From contig JBEKTP010000006.1 of NCBI GenBank assembly GCA_049515915.1, positions 4,865 through 68,864 of the forward strand: a stretch of DNA of 64,000 nt. The letters are read 5' to 3'. The notes beneath the pieces are model-generated. The model did not search any database. It had not been told where the DNA came from and worked only from the letters and a program-made list of their open reading frames with translations. This DNA comes from Patescibacteria group bacterium. GTDB lineage: Bacteria > Patescibacteriota > UBA1384 > UBA12157 > JAENIV01. Made by a program: the position numbers and the translations under genes. Shown here piece by piece: positions 18,112 to 28,243 of the stretch (position 1 is the first letter of the stretch; each line of letters begins with the position of its first letter).

Positions 18112-18921
18112 TTACTCACCACTTTTCTGACCTTGATTTTTAATTAACTCTTCTTGGTCGTAGAGTCTTTCTCTTAAACTACAATTCGGACAATATTCCA
18201 GCTGTTTTAATTTCTCACCTGTAATTAACTGTTTCGCCTTGATTAGCAAGTTGTTGGTTAAATTCGGTTCAATCTCAAAAATTTTTGCGATAACGTTGAA
18301 ATCTAATTTGAATTTGTCATCGAAATCATTAATCGAATATGAAGTTTCCTCGGGTTTGTAACCAACGGGTTCGGTATAGACCAAAAATAACTTTGAGACC
18401 GGTTGAAAAATCCCAATCTTTTCAGCAATTTCCATATATGCGTGTAGCTGAGCTTTGTAGAGAGGCAACAAAGCGTCATGTGTGTCAGAGAAGCGAGCCG
18501 TTTTGTAGTCGCCTAAAGCATAAGAGCCGTCAGTTAGTTTGAATACAACATCCAGAGCCCCGGTCAATTTAATATCGTGTTCTGGAAAATAAGCATTAAA
18601 ATTTTGCCAACCTGGAGCGTTTTCGATAGACGCGATTTCAACACCCAAATCAGGAAACCAGCTTGGCATCTTTTTATTCTTTTCAAAATAGTCTTTTATG
18701 ACTTGTTTAGTATGAGAGTCTAAATTAGAAAAAACGCCCGGCATAGGCATTTGGAATGGAAGTCTCTTGCCGTCAATACTCGTCAATTGTTCTAGTTTAA
18801 TCTTTACTTTATAACAATCCGGGCAAACATCGGGCATTGCTAATTCAGCTAGAGTTTTACCAGACAACCTTATTGACATAAAAATCCTTTCTAATTTAGG
18901 AGCGCGGGCTGGCGTGGCCAT
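18112..18921 (-). CDS. PD-(D/E)xK nuclease-fold candidate with N- and C-terminal CxxC pairs (possible restriction endonuclease)
   Basis: ALD...ALGDYK resembles a D-(D/E)xK core. CPDC near the N-terminus and CPNC near the C-terminus. Located beside the MTase gene. Confidence 0.35.
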   Translation of the reverse strand: MATPARAPKLERIFMSIRLSGKTLAELAMPDVCPDCYKVKIKLEQLTSIDGKRLPFQMPMPGVFSNLDSHTKQVIKDYFEKNKKMPSWFPDLGVEIASIENAPGWQNFNAYFPEHDIKLTGALDVVFKLTDGSYALGDYKTARFSDTHDALLPLYKAQLHAYMEIAEKIGIFQPVSKLFLVYTEPVGYKPEETSYSINDFDDKFKLDFNVIAKIFEIEPNLTNNLLIKAKQLITGEKLKQLEYCPNCSLRERLYDQEELIKNQGQKSGE

Positions 18922-18939
18922 CGCCAGCCCCCTCCCAGT

Positions 18940-19233
18940 TTAAATTTGTCCACAAGGAAAACTGAAAGAAGATCGGATGCTTTTTTCTATGATCCTACGT
19001 TTTTCCTGATCCACTTCCAGTAAGGCATACACAAAAATCTTTCGATGTGCATTTCTCAACCAACAATCTCTCCGTTCATGTTTCGCTATCCTAGTCTTAA
19101 GAGTATCAGTTTCGCCTACGTCTAGATTCTTTCCAAGATCGTCTACGATCAGGTAAACAGCTGCGACATCGTTGAAATCGATCCTATCAAGAGAGTATGG
19201 ACCCTCAAAATTGTAACCTGCAATTGTAATCAT
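18940..19233 (-). CDS. GIY-YIG nuclease-domain protein
   Basis: AAVYLIVDD...VGETDTLKTRIAKHE fits the GIY..YIG..R..H pattern. 97 aa. Confidence 0.5.
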   Translation of the reverse strand: MITIAGYNFEGPYSLDRIDFNDVAAVYLIVDDLGKNLDVGETDTLKTRIAKHERRDCWLRNAHRKIFVYALLEVDQEKRRIIEKSIRSSFSFPCGQI

Positions 19234-19423
19234 TTTTTACTCCTGAACTATTTTTATAAAACCAGCTTTCCCCGATCGACACACCGTTCCCCTCCGCACC
19301 AACAGCCGGAGCTGATTTTTGACTTACGAAAATTATTTTTGCTATAATTAAAAAGCAAGAAGCGTAACTGGGCCGTCCAACCTTTTTACACTTCTTGCTT
19401 TTATTTTTAGACATAAATCCTCC

Positions 19424-19690
19424 TTACAAATTAAATTTTCTCTTTTCCTTTTTAGTAAACCTTAATCGCGCCGCGTCCATCTCTTCTTTGATGGTACTAA
19501 ATATCTTTTCAATATCCTTATCATCATAGTTATATGCTGATTTATTCGCACAGTGCGACAGTATTCTTAGACGATCGATAACAGATTGAGTCCTCGTTGT
19601 AGCTAATCTCAAAAATCTCTCTCTTTTTGCTTGAAGGGAAGTATCAAACTTTTTTTTGTCAGCATTTTCCATATATATCCTCTTCATCAT
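19424..19690 (-). CDS. Hypothetical protein
   Basis: 88-aa ORF with no recognisable motif, between the nuclease candidates and the MTase. Confidence 0.3.
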   Translation of the reverse strand: MMKRIYMENADKKKFDTSLQAKRERFLRLATTRTQSVIDRLRILSHCANKSAYNYDDKDIEKIFSTIKEEMDAARLRFTKKEKRKFNL

Positions 19691-19825
19691 TATAGAACAA
19701 GGAAATGAATTTTTTCAAGAGTCATTTTCAAAGGATTCTTTCTGCTTACAAAAAATAGGCCTTCTATGCCTATTTTTCTCTTATCTGAATACCGGGATGG
19801 ATTTTTAGCTAAATCCCATGATGGT

Positions 19826-21352
19826 TTACCGATTTTCGAATAATCCTTTCTGATTATCAATTTCTTCCGCTTCGGCTTCTTTGTGGTGCGAATGATACCA
19901 ACCGGTTGGCAATTTCGGCTGTTTGCCTAAAAGTAGTTCATTGATAGTTAAAATTTGAATTTTGGGAAATTCAGTTGGCAAATATTCGACAGAAAAATCT
20001 CCTACGGCAAATGCTTCCTCTTTCATTGGTTGGGTTGGCTCATCGAGAGTTATAAAGACGCCGGCGTCGGCGCGCTCTCTCTCAATATCGCCTTTTAGTG
20101 TGGCAATATCACCACGATTGATATGCCCACTTTTAACTTGAACAATTGCCTTGCCGATTTCCTGACTGTCGTGATTCAGTTTCTTATAAAAAGTAATTAT
20201 TCCGTCAACGCCTTTGTCAGCGCCGCCCATATTTTCTTGGGTTTTGTTTTGCGCCGGCATAGCGTTGACTAAACTTAAAGCCCAATATTCAAATTCGAAA
20301 CGATTTTTTCGCGCCAATTCTTTAGCACCCGACAAATCTTTCGGCAAACCGTCAACATTGATTTTGATATTCTTATTGGCAAACTTATTTTGTAAGCGAG
20401 ATTTGATTAGGTTAATTGCAAGTGTAGTGATATCAATTCCTATCCATCTACGATTTAATTTCTCCGCCACCGCGACGGTTGTCCCACAACCGCAAAACGG
20501 ATCCAAAACCCAATCACCTTCATTCGAAGAAGCTTTTATAATCCGTTCTAATAACGCCTCGGGTTTTTGCGTCGGGTAGCCGAGACGTTCTTTTGCCGTC
20601 GAACCAATTGGTGGCATTTGCCAAACATCACCGATTTTTACACCTCTGTTTTCGTCTTCCAAATAAACTTTGTATCTTTTTCCCTTTACCGTGTGCCAGC
20701 GCCATCTTTTCCCTTGATCGTCAACATATCTATAATCTTTCTTGATCCAATCTCCGTAAGGTTCCCACTGACTGTTAAAAGTAAAGGTATCAGATTTCGA
20801 ATAAAAAAGAATGATGTCGTGAAGCCGCTGGAATCTACCAGAAGACGCTGTCCAGCGTCTGTAATGCCATACGATTTCATTCTGAATATTTTCTTTTCCA
20901 AAAATAACATCCATTACAATTTTTAAATAATGGCTGGCAGTTGGGTCGCAATGAAGATAAATAGAACCGGTGGATTTTAAAACGCGTTTTAATTCAATCA
21001 GACGAATGGTCATCATCGTTAAATAGGCCAAAATATCGTTTTTGCCAACCATTTTTTCGAATGCCAGCATCAAATCCGAGATATTTTGATTGATTTTGGT
21101 TTGAGAAGTTTTAACTCCGACTAATTCTGCAAAAACATGTTCGGCTTCGTGCGTCCAATGCCAAGAATCTTCAAACGCTTGCACTTGCGCCGGACTATCA
21201 ACTAAGCCTTCTTTATAAAGAATGTTGTAGTTTCGATTGGAATTAAACGGCGGATCGAGATAAATTAAATCGATTGATTCGCTGGGAATTTTTTCGCGAA
21301 GAATCTCTAAATTATCACCGAAATACAAGGTTCGGTTGGTTAATTCATTCAT
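19826..21352 (-). CDS. Beta-class DNA methyltransferase (N4-cytosine/N6-adenine) with C-terminal Mrr-like PD-(D/E)xK domain
   Basis: Motif IV IYLDPPFNSN comes before motif I VLDPFCGCGTTVAVA, the beta-class order. C-terminal ~140 aa has ADKGVDGIITF...AIVQVKSGHI, resembling the Mrr catalytic signature. Confidence 0.8.
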   Translation of the reverse strand: MNELTNRTLYFGDNLEILREKIPSESIDLIYLDPPFNSNRNYNILYKEGLVDSPAQVQAFEDSWHWTHEAEHVFAELVGVKTSQTKINQNISDLMLAFEKMVGKNDILAYLTMMTIRLIELKRVLKSTGSIYLHCDPTASHYLKIVMDVIFGKENIQNEIVWHYRRWTASSGRFQRLHDIILFYSKSDTFTFNSQWEPYGDWIKKDYRYVDDQGKRWRWHTVKGKRYKVYLEDENRGVKIGDVWQMPPIGSTAKERLGYPTQKPEALLERIIKASSNEGDWVLDPFCGCGTTVAVAEKLNRRWIGIDITTLAINLIKSRLQNKFANKNIKINVDGLPKDLSGAKELARKNRFEFEYWALSLVNAMPAQNKTQENMGGADKGVDGIITFYKKLNHDSQEIGKAIVQVKSGHINRGDIATLKGDIERERADAGVFITLDEPTQPMKEEAFAVGDFSVEYLPTEFPKIQILTINELLLGKQPKLPTGWYHSHHKEAEAEEIDNQKGLFENR

Positions 21353-21592
21353 TTTCCTCCTGACTGGTTTTTCCTTTCGCTTGGTTTTTGGTCATATTAA
21401 AAATATTAATTTAACTTCAGCTTAATTCTACCCCAGTACCAGAAGGATATCAATCTTTTGCTACGGGGCAGGCCCCAGTTAATTAAAAGAGTCCAGAGAA
21501 ACAATAGTACAAAGTAAAAAGTATATCGATACTGGCGATCAGTATTAAGAAAAGGATCAAAAAAAGAAAGCGCAAAAAGAACAAGACGAGTT

Positions 21593-24500
21593 CTAATAAT
21601 TAGCGGTAGAGATATAGTAAATAATCGTCTGATAAGTACTCGCACTTTGAGCCGTCGGCGCCACAACTTTGTAAGTTAATGTATAAATATCATCGGCGTT
21701 GCCGGTCGAGCCATTGACGGCCGCTTCGTGGTCGGCAACAATATCGCCGGGTGCAGTTTGGGAAAAAGCGCAAAATTTGGTTGAGCTTGTCCATTTATCC
21801 ACCCCGCCGATATCGGGGTCGTTTGAAGTATAACCAAAACCTGTCCCGCTCCAAATCGATGGCGAAGCATATGAACTGGCATAGTTAGGAATTGTTAATG
21901 CGCCGTTGACAATCGAAGTTAATAAACCGTTGGCATAAGCTCGAACCGAATATCCGCCGGCGGCGTTAGTGACAGTGTGGACGGCCGTCGTTTTGGTATC
22001 GGTCCAGAAATTGCCGGCGTTGAGATTGGAAAATGTCACGGTATTGGAATCAAGGGAAAATGATAAAGTCGGCACCACCTGCTGAGCAGAGGCGCTAACG
22101 GCATTTCCGATATTGCCGGCATTATCAAAAGCTTTCACGGAAAAATAATAGTTAATACTTGTTTGTAAATTTAAGCCGGTGGCCGTGGCGGAAGTTCCCG
22201 TGCCGTTGTCGGTCCAAGAGGCGATATCAGAACCGCCAGCGGTGGTACCAACCGCATATTGATATTTCAAAAGCCCCGAAACCGTCGCATCAAAACCGCT
22301 CCAGGTCGCACCAAGCTGCGTTAGCGAGCCGGTGTTAGCACTATTAGTAACGCTGCCGCCGGTCGGGGCGGTGGCGTCAACTTTGAGATCAACCGTTGCT
22401 TGAACTCCAAAATAAGCTGGACTAGCTGATGTTGCACCATGGTTATCAATTCCATAGACTCGCCACCAATAACCGGTCGACGAGTCTGACAAAGTCATCG
22501 AAGCAGAACCAACCGCATAGGTTCCGCCACTTTGGCCGACTTGATAAGCAAAAGTTGTGCCTGAAGAGGAAAGTGTACCGTAGGTGTAATCCAAAACCAA
22601 ATGAGTAAAGTTGGAATCTGTATTGTCGATTTGGATTTCATATTTAACAGTGTCGCCGGTATCGGGATCGGTAATATTGAAGCCGAACCAAGGTTGGTTA
22701 ACATTGGTCCAAGCACTCTCGGCAATATTATTGGCTCCGGAAGTTGTTCCCTGGGTTAAACTTGTTGGCGTATTGGGCGGATGGTTGGTCACAAACCAAT
22801 TGGTATTGTTGCCGTCGTCGGTATAATGAGTGGGATTAATGGGAGAAGCGGCTTGATTGTTAGAATTTGCCGGCGTAACGTAATCAACGCTCCAAGCTGT
22901 CGGATTAATATTCCATTGACTCGAGCCTGAACCGCCATTCCGCCCTAAGGTAATGAGTTGTCCTGAAGCACCAGTACAGGTCCAAGTTCCGGAAACGGTT
23001 GTGGTTGAACCGGAATCAAAATTGATTGTTCTTGCTGTCGTCGCCGTAGCTGTAAAATTGTAAAAAGATGTATTGCCTGAAACAATCTGGGTCGAACCGC
23101 CAGCGCCAGTAAAAGTCACCGTGCCGCCGGAATTATTGGTAAAGGTGCCAGAATTTATCCAGTTACCGGCTAAATCAATACTATATTTATTGGTCGCGTT
23201 ATTATTTAAAGTGGCGTTAGTATTACTAAGAGTCAAAGTGCCGGTCATAGCCGCCGAATTAGCGGCCGTTAAATTACCGGTCAAAGAATAAGTTGTTGTC
23301 GAAGTCGGCGTCAAAGTTAAATTATTGTAGGCGGCTGTCGTAATATTGGTTCCTGTGCCCGAGCCGGTATAAACTACCGTTGAGCTGGTCGTCGTCAATG
23401 TGCCTGATTTAGTAAAAGGTGTGCCGGTGCCGGCAATAGTCAAAGTTTTACTAGTAATGTCTAAAGTATTGTTAATATAAAGATTCAGCGTCGTTAATTT
23501 CATATTAGTTTGAGCTGAAATCGCCATGCCGGACGAACCGTTAATTGCCACTGTACCGAGATCTTGAAGACTGGCAGTGTTATCGTAAAAATTATCCGTG
23601 CCGGCAGGACCATCGAAAGTCGTGGTGCCGCCTTTGGTAAAAGTAGTTCCCGAAGCTAACGTAAAAGAGCCGGCGTAAGTTTGATTTTGACTATTGCAGT
23701 TATAGATACCAGTCTGAAGATTAAAAGCACCATTGGTATCAACTTGACCGGTAATGGTTGCCGTATTGCCGCCACCAACATTAATGGTTAAATTATTAAA
23801 ATTAGTGACGCCGATTTGCGGCGCGACGCCGGTAAAAATCACCGTACCGGTGGCGGTAAAAGTGCCAGCAGATTTAACCCATGTCGAAGCGCCGGTGCCA
23901 GTTACCGTAATCGTATTGCCGTTATCGGCCAGAGTTCCACCTGATCCGGTTTGATTGTATTGGCCAATCGAAATCGGCGTCGATGATGTCAGTGTCGTCG
24001 TGCCACTGGTAGAAGAATAATTTAATGCGCCCGTCACAGTAAAAGCAGCATTAGATGTCATAGTTGCCGTACCAGAAACAGTTAAGCTGCTGCCGATGGC
24101 AGTTACGCCAGTCATGGTTTTAGCACTGGTACCGCTTAAAGTCAGATTATAATAAGAAGTTGGATTGACTGTTTGAACTCCGCTAGCATTATAGTTGACC
24201 GTATTACTTGCAGCTGATGCGGTAAAAGTGGCCACGCCAATCGAACTGCCGCCAAAATTTAAAGTGCCGGTCGTGCCGTTGCCATCTGTCCAAGTGCTAC
24301 CCGACCCGCCGGAAGCAAGTGTTGTGCTGATAGTTACCGTGCCGCTATTGGTGACTGATGCGCCCGCACCAATGGTTGTATTTGGCATCGTCGTTGTTGT
24401 TGAACCGCTAATTGTTTTTCCTGAACCGGTAAAAGTATGAATGCCGGTAGAACTGGTCCAAGTAGTGGCGTTATTAGTTAAACTGCCACCAAAGTTAATA

Positions 24501-26410
24501 GGCTGGGCCGCCGATTCGTTCCACACAGTTCCCGAGTTGAGCGTCACATCCCCGGTAAATGTCGCACTCCCAGAAGCACTACTAAAAGTTATATTTAGAC
24601 TAATCGATAAGGTACCACCCACCGAAAAAACATAGGCGCCGTTGCTTAAGCCGCCGCTGGAGATTGTGAGGTTTCCGCTGACCGACAAATTGTTGCCAGT
24701 GGTAAGTGTTCCACCGTTAATAGTTAAAGTACCGGCAGTCATCGATGCCGCAGTCGTCGCCGTACAAGTGCCACTAACCGTGAAAGTGCCGCTAATCGTC
24801 GAAACATTAGTTAAAGTTTTGGCACCGCTAGATTGAATCTTTAGATTGTAATAAGTGATGCTGGGGAAAACTGTTTGGGCTCCGGCATAGCCGTAAACAA
24901 CAGTGTTACCGGAAGCCGAGGCAGTTAAAGTGGTGATGCCCATCGCGCCAGTAAAGTTATCGTTTAGTATTCCGGTACCAGCATTAGTCCAACCGCCGGA
25001 ACCAGTTAGTGAGCTAGTAAAAGTGGCTGTCCCGTTGTTAGTAACGGTCACACCGGATGCGACTGTCGCGACACCACTGGCGCTGATCGGAACTGTTGTC
25101 GAGGCTCCAGAAGTGGAAATACTAAAACCGCTGGTATTATTAAAGTTAACCGTCACAAAAGCTAAAGTCGCTGTGCTGGTACCGGTAATTGATGTTGCCG
25201 CCGGCGACGCGGGAGTATTGAAGTTGATGGTGCTGCCAGTAAACGTGATCGGGGTTGCCGCAGTCGTGTTAATTACCCAGTTTCCGTAAAAATTATGCGT
25301 GTAAGAACCAGCCGTAAAGGTTGCCGCGCCACCAATCGTAAAATTACCGTTAACTGTTAGAGCACCGCCCGCTGATTTTGCCCCTGCCGTGCCATTAATC
25401 TGCAAGTTCCAATAGGCCGGGGTGTTTGAAACGGTTTGAGTCGTGTTGGCCGCATAATTAACCGTCGTTCCGTTAGCGATATTTCTCGTCGCAAAGGCTG
25501 GCCAGGTGGTCGCTCCCCCCGTCCCTCCGAGGGTAAATGTTCCGGAAGTTAAGTTGAGAGTTCCCGTGTCGGTTATTTGATAGCCGCCATCGGCAAAAAT
25601 ACTGCTTGACGTCACATCACCAATGGTTAAAGTTACAATCGTCGCCGTGCTGGTTAAGGTCACCCCGGCCGGATTGTTTGATTTTAAAACATTATAGGTG
25701 GTATAACCTCTTGCTGTTTCGGCCGAGGTGCCCTTAAAATTCATGACGCTTCCGGTTGTTGTTGTCAATACTCCGGCGATCGAACCGGAGCCAAAGTTGC
25801 CCGTAAGATTGACTGTCCCGGCGCCAGAAAAAACCAACTGGGCATTACCGGTCGTGCCACCAAAAGTGATATCACTGGACGCCCCGCCTGCCGCCCCAAC
25901 GTTCAGTGTGCCGGTGCTGATGCTCACCTGGCCGACTCTTGAAGATGTACCACCGTTAATGGTCACGGTCCCGGCAGCTGACGCAGAGCCCGTACTTAAC
26001 GTATACGCACCAATAGCAACCGCCGTTCCGGAGCTGGAGGTTGGTGCGGTTATGGTTATTGTACCGATTGGATTAGTAACGCTCGCGGTCAGTGTGACAG
26101 TTATATTGGCATTAATAACAACGTTATCAAAGTTTGAGCTTGACCAACCGGGATAAGCGGAGGTATTACTTTCACAAGCACTTCCCCAAGTTGCCGGGGC
26201 GTTCCAGTTGCCGCTGACCGAGGCAGTACAAGTATAAGTGGTCGCTTGAGCTTTAAAAAACGAGGTAAAATTAATCAGTGAAAAAACGAGAATACCCAAA
26301 ACAACTAAGGCAATCGTGCCCCAAGTGAGCCGCGTTTTATTTTTCGGCTTACGAAAAGTCTCACGAACTCTTAAATAGATTCCGTCAATTTTTCTTATCG
26401 GATTAGACAT
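21593..26410 (-). CDS. Giant (1605 aa) membrane-anchored Thr/Gly/Ser/Asn-rich surface protein with beta-helix-like repeats and C-terminal FN3/Ig-like domains
   Basis: N-terminal TM anchor LTWGTIALVVLGILVFSLI, then >1000 aa of degenerate TGT/SGT-rich repeats, then Ig/FN3-like segments. Almost no charged residues. Confidence 0.7.
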   Translation of the reverse strand: MSNPIRKIDGIYLRVRETFRKPKNKTRLTWGTIALVVLGILVFSLINFTSFFKAQATTYTCTASVSGNWNAPATWGSACESNTSAYPGWSSSNFDNVVINANITVTLTASVTNPIGTITITAPTSSSGTAVAIGAYTLSTGSASAAGTVTINGGTSSRVGQVSISTGTLNVGAAGGASSDITFGGTTGNAQLVFSGAGTVNLTGNFGSGSIAGVLTTTTGSVMNFKGTSAETARGYTTYNVLKSNNPAGVTLTSTATIVTLTIGDVTSSSIFADGGYQITDTGTLNLTSGTFTLGGTGGATTWPAFATRNIANGTTVNYAANTTQTVSNTPAYWNLQINGTAGAKSAGGALTVNGNFTIGGAATFTAGSYTHNFYGNWVINTTAATPITFTGSTINFNTPASPAATSITGTSTATLAFVTVNFNNTSGFSISTSGASTTVPISASGVATVASGVTVTNNGTATFTSSLTGSGGWTNAGTGILNDNFTGAMGITTLTASASGNTVVYGYAGAQTVFPSITYYNLKIQSSGAKTLTNVSTISGTFTVSGTCTATTAASMTAGTLTINGGTLTTGNNLSVSGNLTISSGGLSNGAYVFSVGGTLSISLNITFSSASGSATFTGDVTLNSGTVWNESAAQPINFGGSLTNNATTWTSSTGIHTFTGSGKTISGSTTTTMPNTTIGAGASVTNSGTVTISTTLASGGSGSTWTDGNGTTGTLNFGGSSIGVATFTASAASNTVNYNASGVQTVNPTSYYNLTLSGTSAKTMTGVTAIGSSLTVSGTATMTSNAAFTVTGALNYSSTSGTTTLTSSTPISIGQYNQTGSGGTLADNGNTITVTGTGASTWVKSAGTFTATGTVIFTGVAPQIGVTNFNNLTINVGGGNTATITGQVDTNGAFNLQTGIYNCNSQNQTYAGSFTLASGTTFTKGGTTTFDGPAGTDNFYDNTASLQDLGTVAINGSSGMAISAQTNMKLTTLNLYINNTLDITSKTLTIAGTGTPFTKSGTLTTTSSTVVYTGSGTGTNITTAAYNNLTLTPTSTTTYSLTGNLTAANSAAMTGTLTLSNTNATLNNNATNKYSIDLAGNWINSGTFTNNSGGTVTFTGAGGSTQIVSGNTSFYNFTATATTARTINFDSGSTTTVSGTWTCTGASGQLITLGRNGGSGSSQWNINPTAWSVDYVTPANSNNQAASPINPTHYTDDGNNTNWFVTNHPPNTPTSLTQGTTSGANNIAESAWTNVNQPWFGFNITDPDTGDTVKYEIQIDNTDSNFTHLVLDYTYGTLSSSGTTFAYQVGQSGGTYAVGSASMTLSDSSTGYWWRVYGIDNHGATSASPAYFGVQATVDLKVDATAPTGGSVTNSANTGSLTQLGATWSGFDATVSGLLKYQYAVGTTAGGSDIASWTDNGTGTSATATGLNLQTSINYYFSVKAFDNAGNIGNAVSASAQQVVPTLSFSLDSNTVTFSNLNAGNFWTDTKTTAVHTVTNAAGGYSVRAYANGLLTSIVNGALTIPNYASSYASPSIWSGTGFGYTSNDPDIGGVDKWTSSTKFCAFSQTAPGDIVADHEAAVNGSTGNADDIYTLTYKVVAPTAQSASTYQTIIYYISTANY

Positions 26411-26483
26411 ATATCTATACCAAAGATAGGCAGAAATGTCTTAAAATATCTAAACTGCCTTTCTTATTTTTTTGTTTTCTATC

Positions 26484-27272
26484 TTAACTTTGCCGATTAT
26501 AATTGGGCGGAAACATTTTTTGTAAAAGCTTAACTTGTTCACCTTCCATCCAGCGCATTCTTCTTAAATTGAGAAAATTCAAAATAATAAACAGCGGACA
26601 AAGTAAAATCAGTAAAGTGGGCCAAGCCAAAACCCAGAAAGAAATTTGGATTTTGGTACCGGTATTAACCAACTTTTGGGCCGCAATTTGCGCACCTGAT
26701 AATCCTTCATCTATTTGCTGTTTGGGAGAGTATAAAGTAATTTCTTTACCCGTAATTGGATTGGTCATCCCGACCGTCACATTGGTGGGAAAAGGCGGCG
26801 GATCAAAAGTGACTTTAATTGGGTTGAGAGTCACTAAGGTGTCGGCGACCACCGTAAAAACCGCCTCGCCAGGGATAAAACTGGTTACCCGAAACTGAAC
26901 TTGGCCGTTTTGATCGGTGGTGTCTTTTTGCATATCGCTGATATCGGCCGCCTGAACTTTACCCGGCCCAAGTTTGCTAACGGCTTCAATAATATCAACT
27001 TGGCCGCGGTTTGAAGTGACCACGACCGAAATGTTAGGCATCGGATTACCGTCCGCATCCTTTAATGTAATAGTCAACAAAATTGAGTGGCTGGCCGGAT
27101 CGGATAAGGTTTCTTGAGTGTTGGTGTCAACTGATGACTGGATTTTGGAAACTTTAGAATCAACTACCGCCGAAACGTTCACCTCGGCGCTGCTTTGCGC
27201 CAAAACCTTCAAAGCAAAAACCATATTAAAAATCAAGAAGATTAAACTGAAAAAAATTATCTTTCTTGTCAT
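26484..27272 (-). CDS. Secreted bacterial Ig-like (Big-1-type) domain protein with C-terminal TM anchor
   Basis: Signal peptide, SILLTITLKDADGNPMPNISVVVTSNRGQVD Ig-like domain, C-terminal hydrophobic helix plus basic tail. Confidence 0.5.
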   Translation of the reverse strand: MTRKIIFFSLIFLIFNMVFALKVLAQSSAEVNVSAVVDSKVSKIQSSVDTNTQETLSDPASHSILLTITLKDADGNPMPNISVVVTSNRGQVDIIEAVSKLGPGKVQAADISDMQKDTTDQNGQVQFRVTSFIPGEAVFTVVADTLVTLNPIKVTFDPPPFPTNVTVGMTNPITGKEITLYSPKQQIDEGLSGAQIAAQKLVNTGTKIQISFWVLAWPTLLILLCPLFIILNFLNLRRMRWMEGEQVKLLQKMFPPNYNRQS

Positions 27273-28243
27273 TGTAAAATTACTCTTTTTTTTCGATCAC
27301 TTCTTTTTTTCTTGGGTCTGATTAGAAAGAAGATAATCGCTGCGATAATTAGAACAATAATTGTAATGAGCCACCAAGGAATAATCCAAAAACTAAAACT
27401 GCCGGACAAAGGCTGATTACCGACACCGTAGGTCGCGGCTAAAGTAACATTAAATTTCCCGAACGAGTACCATTTGCCGGTAAATTTCAGTCCATCAAAC
27501 CGGCGAATGGAATTTGGCAAGACATTACCCTTCGTCGGATTAATATCTTGGGTGGACACCGTTTTACCCCAATTGGTCACCGTCGTTTGACCTTGAGGCG
27601 CAAAATGAACATTACCGGTGTTACCAATTCTTAAAGTAAAATTGACCGGCGGTTTGAGAAATAGATGACCTTCGCTTGAGAATTCAACAATACTGCCTTT
27701 TTCCACGATGTTACCCGAAACCGTGCCTAAAACCAAAGAGCCAACCATGCTGGCTAAGGCCACTTGGGTGGTTTCGCCGGTTGGCGAGGGCGGCTCGGAA
27801 GCAAACAAAACCGCTGCATAATGGCCGCCCGGTTCAGCATTAGCCGGTACAGTAATGGTATATTGAAATTCAATTTCTTGCTCCGGCGTCAAGGCCAGTT
27901 TCGTTTGGGAAAAACTAACCCAGGTCGCTAAGCCGTAAGTGGCATCTTGATTCGGACTTTCAATCGCCGGTACGCCAGTTTCACCTGAAGCCGTAAAATT
28001 TCTCGCGACCGGATAAACTGTGACCAGATCTTTAGTCGGATTATTAAGTTTAATTGTTTCTTTGTAAGTTTTTCCGGGATCAAAATTTAGTTCGGCAATC
28101 GGCGGTGAAATAGTTAATCCCTCGCCAGTTTGGGCCAAGGCCGGCGGCGAGGAAATAAGTAGATATGACGATGAGAAAATAAGGGCGATAAAGATATAAA
28201 ATTTTTTCAAAATTCTCCTTTTTTTAAAAATTCGCGGTCGCAA
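27269..28243 (-). CDS. Secreted cell-surface protein with C-terminal TM anchor and KKKR tail (DUF916/DUF3324-like topology)
   Basis: Signal peptide ...PPALAQT, beta-rich body, C-terminal IIPWWLITIIVLIIAAIIFFLIRPKKKRSDRKKR. Confidence 0.45.
   Translation of the reverse strand: MRPRIFKKRRILKKFYIFIALIFSSSYLLISSPPALAQTGEGLTISPPIAELNFDPGKTYKETIKLNNPTKDLVTVYPVARNFTASGETGVPAIESPNQDATYGLATWVSFSQTKLALTPEQEIEFQYTITVPANAEPGGHYAAVLFASEPPSPTGETTQVALASMVGSLVLGTVSGNIVEKGSIVEFSSEGHLFLKPPVNFTLRIGNTGNVHFAPQGQTTVTNWGKTVSTQDINPTKGNVLPNSIRRFDGLKFTGKWYSFGKFNVTLAATYGVGNQPLSGSFSFWIIPWWLITIIVLIIAAIIFFLIRPKKKRSDRKKRVILQ

Noticed and set aside
19205-19414. 69-aa minus-strand ORF upstream of the GIY-YIG gene
   Set aside because: Overlaps the GIY-YIG start and a probable promoter region. 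No motif. Likely non-coding.
21406-21666. 86-aa minus-strand ORF
   Set aside because: Overlaps the 3' end of the giant gene in another frame. Arg/Leu-rich composition typical of spurious AT-rich frames.
22495-26156. Numerous 60-140 aa plus-strand ORFs inside the giant minus-strand gene
   Set aside because: Antisense translations of low-complexity GC-skewed repeats (Pro/Val/Leu-rich). No RBS or start context. Spurious.
21593-26410. Possible CRISPR or tandem DNA repeats in the giant gene
   Set aside because: The repetition is at the protein level (degenerate TGT/SGT-rich units). There are no regularly spaced identical DNA repeats with unique spacers, and no cas genes.
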